A stretch of DNA of 57,571 nt, the filler included, from Nemertoderma westbladi (taxonomy: Eukaryota > Animalia > Xenacoelomorpha): the NCBI GenBank assembly GCA_032718475.1. It is 2 parts of 2 records of this genome, joined end to end, with 100 filler letters (N's around TTAATTAATTAA, not from the genome) between each part and the next. Parts side by side here need not be neighbours in the genome. Positions count along the whole stretch, not along the records: positions 1 to 30,749 come from JAUCBJ010000584.1; 1 more part is not named here. The stretch is one strand, 5' to 3'. Below the pieces are notes generated by a model. That model saw only the letters and a list, made by a program, of their open reading frames with translations. It was not told the DNA's origin and searched no databases. Shown here in pieces: positions 12,919-23,373 of this stretch. The first letter of the stretch is position 1. Each line of letters opens with the position of its first letter. Both the position numbers and the translations under genes were made by a program.

Positions 12919-14962
12919 CAGCCATTCCAAGCAAAAGTAAACCTTTTGGTGAAAAATGAAAGTACTTAGAAATGAATTTCTTTTGTATTGAGTGTGTAGC
13001 ACACATATTGTGCTTCATAAAACTGTTTTCAAATGTTCCATAACCCTAGCCAATTTTTTTTAAGGCGTCCGCAAAATGTGATTTAAAAAATGCCAAAAAT
13101 TCAATATTTTTGGCATTAATTACATACAAACCAAAATGGCATGATCATTACCAAACTGGCAATGCCATATGTTTTTCAGAATCTTATATGTACTGATGTA
13201 TGTAGTAATTAGCCATGTCGGTTAAATAATGTACAACTAATAAATATTTTTCTAATAGCATTGTAATGAGTGGATGGAAAATATGTCACGACCGTTACGC
13301 TGAAGAACAAGTTTTTCCAATATCTCCAGATCCCCGGCAGTAATGGTTATAGGCCCTAATCGTTTATATCTATCGTTAGGTGGTTCGTATCAATTGTTTG
13401 AGTCATATAGTTTAACTTTTGACTATATGTTCCAGTTGTAGCAATCAGCGTAACGGTCGTGACATTAACATGTGGGAAATGGGAATATTAGCATAGCATG
13501 TATAATTCAAGGAGCGAAAGGTCGTCTTTTTTACTCTCCATTTAGATTACATTTTGGAATATGATTCCACACAAAGTGATAATTGTAATATTGGGTGTAC
13601 AAAGGTTTCTTCTTAACCTATAATGTGCCATAACAGCACTTATGACCGTAACGGTTGTGACACAAATGACAAACCTTAGGAATCATTATTATACAGTATA
13701 AATTAATTTGTATCATTTATGATACCACTGCTGCAGTGGGATGTAATTATAATTATACTGTAATCAGGTAGTACACATAATAACCAAAATATCAGCTTAC
13801 AATACTACATAGAACATTTTACTTGCGAACGAAGAGTTTACCTGCACTTTTCATTTCAGCACCAAAAATGGTAGGTATGTTCAACCAGTCAACTGCGGAA
13901 TTTAAAAAGCCTTCCATTGAAATCGGCGTACCAGAACAGCAGGAAAACTGTATGTAATAGAGAAAGAAACACCATTCGTACAATTCTAGTTGTTTTCACT
14001 AATTTGAAAAATGCTGGTTACTTGCACTTTTCATTTTAGCACCACAAATGGTAGGTCAGTAGATGTGTTCAACTGCGGAATTTAAAAAGCCTTCCATTGA
14101 AATCGGCGTACCAGAAACCCTTTATATAATTGAAATAAATACCTTTCCTACAATTCTTATTGTTTTCACTAATTTGAAAAATGCTGGTTACTTGCACTTT
14201 TCATTTTAGCACCAAAAATGGTAGGTGTGTTCAACTGCGGAATTTAAAAAGCCTTCCATTGAAATCAGCGCACCAGAAAACCTGTATGTACAGATGTAAT
14301 TGAAATAAACACCATTCCTACAATTCTAGTTGTTTTCACTAATTTGAAAAATGCTGGTTACTTGCACTTTTCATTTTCTCACCAAAAATCGCAGATGTGT
14401 TCAACTGCGGAATTTCAAAAGCCTTCCATTAAAATCAGCGTACAAGAAAACCTGCCTGAAATCGATAGCAATACCTAACTCTAATACCTTACCATTTTTT
14501 GAAATTCAGATTTATGTGAAAATCGATAATGTCACAACCGTTACGAAACTATGTCACGACCGTTACGCTGGTTAATTGATTGCCACATTCTCTAATGATA
14601 TTATATTGCCATACTGTTAATTTCATTTTAAACTCTATCCATTAACATGTTAGTCTGACATAAGTAACGCTAAATAAGTACAGTAAATTCGATAGAAATT
14701 TGTAATGTGTAGGAGTCTCTAAAAACCTTGTCCATTTCAGTCACGACCGTTACGCCAACTTTAAACTGGAATACAATCAATAAAACGTAATGTATTCCAG
14801 TGCGGTTTCGATTTTATTAAAGGTCCATATCTTAGGATCATATCCTGATATCATAGTAATATCTTTTCAATATCATTCTTCCATGCAGCCATGTGCCCTT
14901 AGAATACTCATTAATACCGGAAACCCATGCGGAATGTCACGACCGTTACGCTGGAATGGCTG
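12919..14962. mobile_element. Nested non-autonomous TIR element with a 4-bp flanking duplication
   Basis: Ends CAGCCATTCC (12919) and GGAATGGCTG (14962), with TTTT on both sides. GTCACGACCGTTACG recurs internally in both orientations. Confidence 0.65.
13830..14455. repeat. About four tandem copies of a ~160-180-bp unit inside the nested element
   Basis: CAACTGCGGAATTT(A/C)AAAAGCCTTCCATT recurs at about 13890, 14070, 14232 and 14402. Confidence 0.85.
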
Positions 14963-15356
14963 TTTTCGTATTATTATTTTGTATTTTATACAGTTGGACT
15001 TGGACAGTGACCTGATTGCCCGGCAGTCCTGAAGTCTGCCTTGCGTTCTATATTACAGACTACTGCATAGCTTGTGGGATGGGGTAGGCCAAGCCTATTT
15101 TGTATTTGATTTGTTATTTACTTTAGGTCTATTAAATTTTTATTTATATGTTGAAACTTTATATTTGATTTATATTTTACTTGTGTATTATTGACCGGAC
15201 CCTTACCTGAGCTTTTTGTGACCGGACCCATAATCTTGTAACATGTCTTAACTTTCGTTTATTGTTTTGGTTCCCACCAACGCCAACACCTGAACACGCC
15301 TCTGTAAGCCGGTTCTTTACTAATCTGCTGCCTGCTCATTTCTGCCTTTAAATGGC

Positions 15357-15750
15357 AATTGTTGCTCATTGTTGCTCCTTGTTGCTCGTTGTTGTACTTT
15401 ACTATTGCTCATTGTTGCTCGTTGTTGTACTTTATTATTGCTCATTGTTGCTCCTTGTTGCTCGTTGTTGTACTTTACTATTGCTCATTGTTGCTCGTTG
15501 TTGTACTTTATTAGGCCTATTGCTTATTGTTGCTCGTTGTTGCTCATTGTTGCTCGTTGTTGCTCATTGTTGCTCGTTGTTGCTCATTGTTGCTCGTTGT
15601 TGCTCATTATTGCTCGTTGTTGCTCATTGTTGCTCGTTGTTGCTCATTGTTACTCGTTGTTGCTCATTGTTGCTCATTGTGGCTCGTTGTTGGTCATTGT
15701 TGCTCGTTGTTGCTCATTGTTGCTCGTTGTTGGTCATTGTTGCTCGTTGT
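15357..15750 (-). repeat. Right foldback arm: the same 10-bp minisatellite, inverted
   Basis: (TTGTTGCTC[A/G])n array ending at the right TIR. Confidence 0.95.
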
Positions 15751-16329
15751 GCATTTTAGCACCTACCGTGTCATTCTGCATTCTGGAGTTTGCCAGATAG
15801 TGGTGCACATTGACCGCAACTGAAAATAGTGATCTTCAGCGCAAATTGACCGCAATCGAACTAATGTATAGATTATTGTTTTGGTTAGAAAACACCGCCA
15901 CTGTAACCTTCTTCTCCTTTCCCTTAATGTTTTTAATTTAATTAAACTAATTGTTAAAACCCACTAAAATTTGCGCCACTGAATCGAGTTTGCAGGCAGG
16001 TATAGCGAGTGTATAGCTGTACTCGTACTGCTGTACTGTATAGGTCTGTGCCGCTATAATCTGCATATGGCTGGGTTTTTTTAAGGTTTAAGTTTAGGAA
16101 ACATATTTTTTGGTGAATTATTAGTGCTGGCAGATGTTGAGGAATGCAACAATAACAATATTTAACAAATAGGTTGAAAAACATGATTCAGTATTTCATA
16201 TTTTCCATTAGGCTAGTTCCACTGGTTTACAATTCAACTTGTTTATTTATATAAATCCTTAAACTAAGTTTCAAAAAGTAAACGTGAAGAAATGCTACAG
16301 GTACATGAAGAAGAAGAGCGATGTGGCTC

Positions 16330-16770
16330 CCTTATGTCTGTATGTTTGGGTCCGGTCTGGGCAACAAGCCAATTGCAAGTTGGCTGAGGAGAACAAATAA
16401 TTGATACTTTCCAAGTCTTTACTACTCGACTCTGCAATGCGTGATGGATCCTCGGCCAGTCTATGGTGAAAGCAATCGTGGCGATGTAACAGCTACGTGC
16501 GATACTGAATATCTGCTGGGACGTCTGTCAGAGTCGAGACTGCTGTTCACACAATGGGGAGATCTTTGAGGAACCAAGTGAAGACATGTGGTGGGTTCTA
16601 CTGATGGATGCCTCGAATGCGTTTAATTCGTTAAACCGAACAGCCGTGATGTATGGAACGTCAGTGCCAGTCCATTGTGGCCTGGCCTAGCCAGATACTC
16701 ATTACTCATTGTTGTTCAGGGGGCACAGTATCCCTACAGTTCGCAGGACAATGAGGGGATCCTCCCTCCT
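16330..16770 (+). pseudogene. Highly decayed non-LTR retrotransposon RT fragment, CRE-like
   Basis: Hand translation at about 16595-16650 gives VLLMDASNAFNSLNRTAV, preceded by VETAVHTM and followed by a TMRG(DP)-like motif near 16750. Frameshifted. Confidence 0.55.
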
Positions 16771-18187
16771 ACATCATCCACCAACTCCTGAAAAATCATC
16801 TAAAAAAAACTTGTTCGTGGACGGTAGAATATTACTTATTCTGTTCTATTGTTACCATTTTTCAAGCGAAAGTTTGTTCTATGGGATAATTCATTCAGAT
16901 TCATGAATGAGTCTCCCCTTGCTTTTGAGTTTTTTATGATGACTAATACAGTAATAGGTTGTGTTTTTAATAGACTGTGCGTCTGTGTCACCCGACACTG
17001 GACGGTGGTGGATCAGGCCTATATTCATTAAGCTAAAACTATTTAAGATTAATATATACAATAATAAATTATCACTATAAACACGGCGTCTTGTCGTTTT
17101 GTTATCTTTCACCTAACTATTAAAAATGTGACGAAAAATGCAAAACTTCTCGAAAAACTTATCTACCATCATCGGCACACATTTGTAAACTCATGAAGTT
17201 TTATTTAATTGATGATATTTTGCTGCGGCCAATGTATATTATTTTATCATTAATGGAAACTTGTTCTTCAAGTAACATTATCAATCAATACCAATTTATA
17301 TTATGTTCGTTGTTGTACGGAAACCTTATTGTTTTGTTGGTTTAACCTTATAACATAGCGTCAGTATAACTTTATCGATGTTCTTTCATTTGTATTGTTT
17401 ATATACATATATATACGCTACCAAACAAATATAATATTTTATGTTTGAATACTGTTATGCAATGCAACTTATGTATACTTATGCAATTTTTACAGAATTT
17501 GAAATGTGCAATCAAATTAGTTGAAATGTGCAATCAAATTAGAATGAGAAACATTTATACTTATTCAAATTTTACAGAAATGTGTTAATCTAATTTTAGA
17601 AATTATTGCATAAGTATGTTGTAGTTAAGAGGGTTTGTTTGTTTTAGGAATAAAGAATAATATGATATCAATAAATTACTGAAACAAGGAACTTATTTGA
17701 AAAACTTGCATTACGTTATGTAGTAGTTAGTTATTAAAAAATTCAAACTATTGTTTTTAAAAACAAAGTGGCAATAGTACATCGTTATTGGCGGATTATT
17801 TTCAATTTACCATTCTTCAGGTATGAAGATATGGCGCAAAATTGATAGACCACAACTGGAACAGGGTTTTGTATATTGTTTTGGTTAGAAAATAACACCA
17901 CTGTTAACTGATCATTTCTATTAATATTTTAAATTAAATTAAAACACCCCACTTTTAAACACACTAGACACATAGCTGGGGTTTGCGAGCATTTTGCGCC
18001 ATGAATTCCAGATATTACTATGTATCATGTTCCTTTGAATCTGTGTAATATTATTAATTAACATTGATGGTATTTGAGTTGAAATACAGTCGACATTCTG
18101 AAACTAAAAATCTTTTTAATTTGTAAAGAAGACATGGACCAGATATAATTATTACTAAACAGGAAGGATAGTACTAGATCGTGACAA

Positions 18188-19565
18188 TGTGACGGGATCA
18201 GGGGATCCCGACCGGTTTACTTTTGTTACGCGTCACCGTGTCGTTCGGAAAAAGATAATAGTTTGTTGTTGATGTTGACATAAACGGTAATATAATGAAC
18301 TAAATGTGACAGCACAGTTGTCCAGAATAATTGAATAGTGATATAGGGTATAATTGCTGAATAGGATACCGGTAACGGTGGTGACGGTACAAAAATGTCA
18401 CTGGTCCCCACTGTGTGACTGAGATAACTGAAAGGGGCACAAACATTAACCGGTAATATATATTCACCTCTACTTTACTGTGGCCTTGCTACCTAGCGGA
18501 TGCTTTCCCTTGTCCCTGATTGGCCAATAACCTAATTCTCGACTCCCACCTCTGTGGGAGTGTCCCCCCCCCCCCCCCCCCCCCCCGCTGCTGCTACTTT
18601 CCCTCTCCAAGAGGTTTGACCTCTAACCTCCTATCCTCCTTTGTGTGTGTGGCTCTTTGGGGCAGTGTTTTGTCCCCGTTATTGGGGGTGATACGAGGTT
18701 GATCGTGATTAACCTCGTATTCCCCAATATTGCTTAAAACGCCACTTCCCAACTTTATGGGGTTGGTGAGGCGGAATTGAATCCGCTCACACTCCCCCCC
18801 ATGCTATCTTCCCGGTGAGAAGATAGCATCTCCTACGAGTGCGCTTCAATTCCGCTGGAACCCGATCTATTATCGGGTGTGGGGTGGAGATCTCTTACTC
18901 GGAGCCGGCTTTCCAGGCCGCTCCCTCTGGGTATGATATTACTACCCTCTCTTGGTGCAACTTCACCTATGTTGCACCAAGACATATGGCATCTCGGTTC
19001 GAGACAATTGTGGATTTCTCTCACACAATTTTATCTCCACTCTACTCTCTCCACTCTAACTCCACTCTGACTGACTCTAACTTCTCCACTCTCACCCTAA
19101 TTCTCCTCTACTTCTCTTCTACTTTCACTCTAACTTTCGGACCCCCTTGTCCCTCACTCTACCTCTTACTCCCCCCCCCCCCCCCCCCCACATTTGAATT
19201 GCACTCGCCTCCTCTCCACGCCTCAGCACCATCTCTTACTAACTTCCCTGTGTTCTATACTCAACCCTTATCTACTTTAGCTCATTCACTCCTGACGAGC
19301 CTCACCCTCCCCTTCCGTGCCGTCGCACTCAAGAAGTGTAAGTCGTCTAGTGTCTCGTCCTGTCATAGTCAATTGGTCCCCAGTCCCAGTAGCTAATTGG
19401 AAAAAAGGTTACATGACTATAGTACTTACTTTGATTATATTGGCTATATGATTATATTCTATTCAAATGATTACTACATACATACATACTAATTGCACTT
19501 TTAATTAAATTTGCACTTAGGAGTTCGTATTACTTCACATGTGGTGCCTTCCAGGCATCCCCACA
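18188..19565 (-). repeat. 3' LTR of BEL/Pao copy 1 (~1.38 kb)
   Basis: TGTG...CACA termini, abutting the PPT. About the first 600 bp are homologous to 51325-51920, starting at the same TGTGACGGGATC. Confidence 0.85.
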
Positions 19566-19576
19566 TCCCCCCCTCC
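19566..19576 (-). promoter_or_regulatory. Polypurine tract
   Basis: The minus strand reads GGAGGGGGGGA immediately before the TGTG start of the LTR. Confidence 0.85.
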
Positions 19577-19581
19577 AAGTT

Positions 19582-22245
19582 CTAGTTCGCTCCTCCCGTC
19601 TTTGGGAACCATCTCAATTCCTTCCCTCTGTCGTCCTCCTCTCTCGGTCGCTTCCTGGTCGTCGCCGCTCCCTTGTTCTTGTCCCCTTTAAGGTTCCTGA
19701 TCCTTGCCGTCACTTCCCTACTGATTCCCGTCGTCGACTCCTTGGGCGCTGGTGTTATTAGCTCCCGGTATCGCTTCAAGGGTGGCTCCTCCGAATGGCC
19801 CTGCTGCTTCCCACTAGTGGCGTCCCATAGGATCACTTTCATGGCCCGCTGCACATGCTCCGCCAAGAAATCTCTGAACTCTCCCCGGTTCTCTGGCGTC
19901 CACCTGTCTAAATACCTCTGTGTATTTATCACTCCGGCATACGATGCCGCCGTTGACACTTCCTGATAAGTAGATGGAAGTCTCCGTTTGATGATTTCCA
20001 GGTGGGCCTCCTGGTTAATATTAAAGAAGCCCCACCGGAACTCGTGGGCCTTCATCCGCTGCCGCGTCATGGCGCCGACATCGGCCCACTCCTCGAAGAT
20101 CTTAAACTTCTCCTCGTCGTCCATCCAGTCGCACTGGCGTCCGTAGTGCCCCCGGAAGTTGCACTTAGAACACCAGTTGTGCAACCGTGGACACGCCCCC
20201 ATCCTATGACTCGACTCGCGACAGTAGAGACAACTCGTCCCCTTCTGGAATCGGTACAAGCAGCTCCTTTCCTGGTGAGTCTGCCTCCCGCAGTAATCGC
20301 AGCCGAGTACCAATGCCTCCCGCCCCACGTCGTCTTTCGTCCCAAGCGATCTCCTCGGTCTATGGAGTCGCTGGTAAGCGAACTTCTGGACGTTAGCATC
20401 CCTGTCCATGTCTATCTCCTCGTCTCGCCTGGGCATCGTCTCTCCGAATACTACCCGTGGTGCTGTTCCCGGTTTCTCGCCCAACCTGATGGTGCTCCCC
20501 GCGAAATCCATCGCCGGCTCCTCATGCACCCAGGCCCACTTGCCGTGTCTATCCCAAAAGGCCCTTGCCCCGCAGGCCGTCACCACTCTCCCGCCAACCC
20601 AGTCCGTGTCCGAGTGGCTGATTCTCCCGATGGGCGGCATCTCTCCAAACTCGTCGTCATCCTCGTCCTCCTCTGGGAGTGGCTCCAAGCCCGGTATCCC
20701 AGTGGATCCACTGTGTCCCTTCCCACCTTGGCTTTCGCCCGTGACTCTCCATTGTTCCAGCTCCCCTGGCCTTCTCATCGCGGAATCGCCCTATGGGCAT
20801 CGTCTGCAATCCCGATGTCGACTGTTTTGGTGATCCTTCCACCCACCCCAATTCTCGCCCTAGAGACTCGCCCGAACTCCCTGATGTCCAGTGTAGATCA
20901 TCTAAGGCCGCCTGTTCCTCGAACCCATAGCCCTCTCCTCTAGCTTCTGCCTCCCTTTCTTCTGCCTCCCTCCTTTCTCATCTAGCGATTTCTTCCAATC
21001 GCTTCGCCTCTTGTCTATCCGCCTCTAGCTGCTCCCACCTCTGATATGGCGTATCCACCTCCCTGTCTACTAGATATCGACAGTTATAATACACCGACTC
21101 GCCCTTCAGCCCCGGGTGGTCTACCAGACCCTCGAAAGCCACTTTGAAGGCTCTTCTGTAGTTCAGCAGGGGTGATCCCGATAGCAGAAATGCCGTTGGT
21201 TCTCTCTCGATAACCACAGTGATGAATAGGTTTAGCAAACCTATCATTATCCAGTCCTCCTGCAGGATATATCGCTTCTGATATATCTTTATCGCTCCTC
21301 TCCGGAATTGATACACCTATTGTTTCCCCGGCCTCGCTCCCCACTTCAGTGAGTTCGCCAACTCCGCTCCGTAGTCCTCCCTGAATTTACCCCAGTCCAT
21401 TGGTTTGTGGCATACGAGCCCCATTAGCTGGCCCATCGCCACCGCTCCACAATGGCCCGTGTTCTCTACTAGGCCCAACCCGTCTGGCGCTGTCATAGCC
21501 ATGTAGACCGTTTGCGTGTCCAGGAGGTTGGAGATCTCCGGACTGATGATCCTCTCCGCATTGTCGCGGATCGCCGATCCCACCTTTATCGTCGACTTCT
21601 CTCTTACTAGGCTCTGCACTGCCCTTTGCAACTGGTTTAACTTCGGCCCATTCTTCTTCCCATACGTTCCCAGATCAAACAGGAATATATCCCCATTTGG
21701 CACGGCCAAATGCAGGAGTATGGTTCTGGCCGATCCCGCCGACCCTCTTCTCAAACCCTCCTCATCTTCCACGGTCCCCTCATCGTCTAGGACCATGTAT
21801 CCTCCCCTGCTGACGGACTCTACAAACCTCTTCCAATCCTTCTTCAGTGGTTCCCTCGGATATTTCGGTATCCCGAACTTCAACTCGTCTCCCTTTACCA
21901 CGTAGTGGAAATGCTCGAAGATCGCATTGTCTAGCGACGGTGTCCCGTAGGTCCCGACCAGCCGCTGCTCGTGCACCTCCCTGAAATGGTCCTGCAGCGC
22001 TCGCGCCTTGTGACCCTTCTCCAACCGCTCGTAGTATCCCCTCGTCTTCTCTTCTGGATGCCTTTCGGTGAAATCCACCAGTATCTCCGTTCCTCCCAAC
22101 TCCGCCTTTCTCTTTCTAACAAGTTTCTCCGCCATTTCGAACTCTCCCGATCGCTCACCTATAAGGTGGGGCCTTGCCAAGGCACAATATAAGTGAGTGA
22201 TGTAGTTCGGATGGTCTGTACGGTCCGATAATGGCCTATCTCTCT
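19582..22245 (-). pseudogene. Accessory ORF (~890 aa reconstructed): DEDDy 3'-5' exonuclease-like domain, acidic linker, three CCHC zinc knuckles
   Basis: Pieces 21317-22180, 20978-21316 and 19582-20778 join into one frame by comparison with copy 2, which has GAG and CGA where this copy has TAG and TGA. Exonuclease-like motifs: MVLDDEG, LLHLAVPNGDIFLFDL, IKVGSAIRD(N/D), NLLDTQ, RYILQED. Knuckles: CDYCGRQTHQERSC, CLYCRESSHRMGAC, CSKCNFRGHYGRQC. Confidence 0.8.
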
Positions 22246-22549
22246 CTGAAGTGCTAGGTTATTGCCTAATTTTCCTACTTTTATTTTCTAAAGTGCCAAA
22301 TTTCCTAAATTCCCTAATTTTGTCGGTTACTTTAATTATGTTCTAGAATATCCTGCCTACTGTTACCATAATTTGTTTAATTTTGATTTTAATACTTATT
22401 TTAATCCTACAACTGTGGTATCAGTATCTATTAATGGATTTATTCTTTAATCCATATTCTGGCCTATTCTACGGGCTGTGCATTACAGTAGTATGTCTCG
22501 TGTGGCCTACATGTTCTGTCCTGCCGTACCCACGTGCCCCCCTCTCACT

Positions 22550-23240
22550 ACCCACTACTAACTCTACTAACTTTTACTAACACACTGACTCTTACTAACA
22601 TTCTAACTAACTTCTACTAACTCTTACTATGTACCCTCTTACTAACTCTTCTACTAACGGTACTACACGTACCCTCTTACTAACTCTTCTACTAATGGTA
22701 CTACACGTACCCTCTTACTAACTCTTCTACTAACAGTACTATGTACCCTCTTACTAACTAACTCCACTAACTCTTACTAATGGTACTACGTACCCTCTTA
22801 CTAACTAACTCCACTAACTCTTACTAACGGTACTACGTACCCTCTTACTAACTAACTCCACTGACTCTTACTAATGGTACTACGTACCCTCTTACTAACT
22901 AACTCCACTAACTAACGGTACTATGTACCCTCTTACTACTCTTACTAACTAACGGTACTACGTACCCTCTTACTACTCTTACTAACTCTCTAACTAACGG
23001 TACTACGTACCCTCTTACTAACTAACTCCACTAACTAACGGTACTACGTACCCTCTTACTACTCATACTGACTTTATAACTAACGGTACTACGTACCCTC
23101 TTACTAACTAACTCCACTAACTAATGGTACTACGTACCCTCTTACTACTCATACTACCTTTCTAACTAACGGTACTACGTACCCTCTTACTACTCTTACT
23201 AACCTCTATCTGCCTACTTACTTACTGTGTACCTACTATG
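22550..23240. repeat. Internal hairpin tandem array between pol and the accessory ORF (copy 1)
   Basis: More than a dozen units of core GGTACTACGTACCCTCTTACT separated by variable ACTAAC-rich linkers. Homologous to 48570-49290. Confidence 0.92.
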
Positions 23241-23373
23241 TACTATTACTTTCCTTTCTCTTACTCTCTTTCTCTATTATTATTTTTATTATTTTATTTT
23301 TTATATTTTGTGTGGGAAGGGGGTCTCGCCCTCAATCCCACCCCCCTCAGTCCAACATTTGGACGACTAAACT

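Larger units (their letters stand above)
11853..15767. mobile_element. Foldback-type (Mutator/FB-like) non-autonomous DNA transposon with minisatellite-built long inverted arms
   Basis: Terminal inverted repeat GGTAGGTGCTAAAATGCAC / GTGCATTTTAGCACCTACC. Perfect 9-bp TSD GTGTCATTC at 11844-11852 and 15768-15776. Confidence 0.9.

Noticed and set aside
11839-15823. LLLVVARCCS-type hydrophobic ORFs on both strands
   Set aside because: They are translations of the 10-bp minisatellite arms of the foldback element.
19582-22245. Accessory ORF as an env gene
   Set aside because: No signal peptide or C-terminal transmembrane anchor is visible. The sequence is highly charged and has nuclease and zinc-knuckle motifs. 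The one hydrophobic stretch directly follows the ExoIII-like motif.
22550-23240. Hairpin repeats with variable linkers next to a nuclease gene, resembling a CRISPR array
   Set aside because: The linkers are permutations of ACTAAC/CTCTT modules rather than unique spacers, copy 2 is a plain 51-bp tandem, there are no cas genes, and the context is a eukaryotic retroelement.
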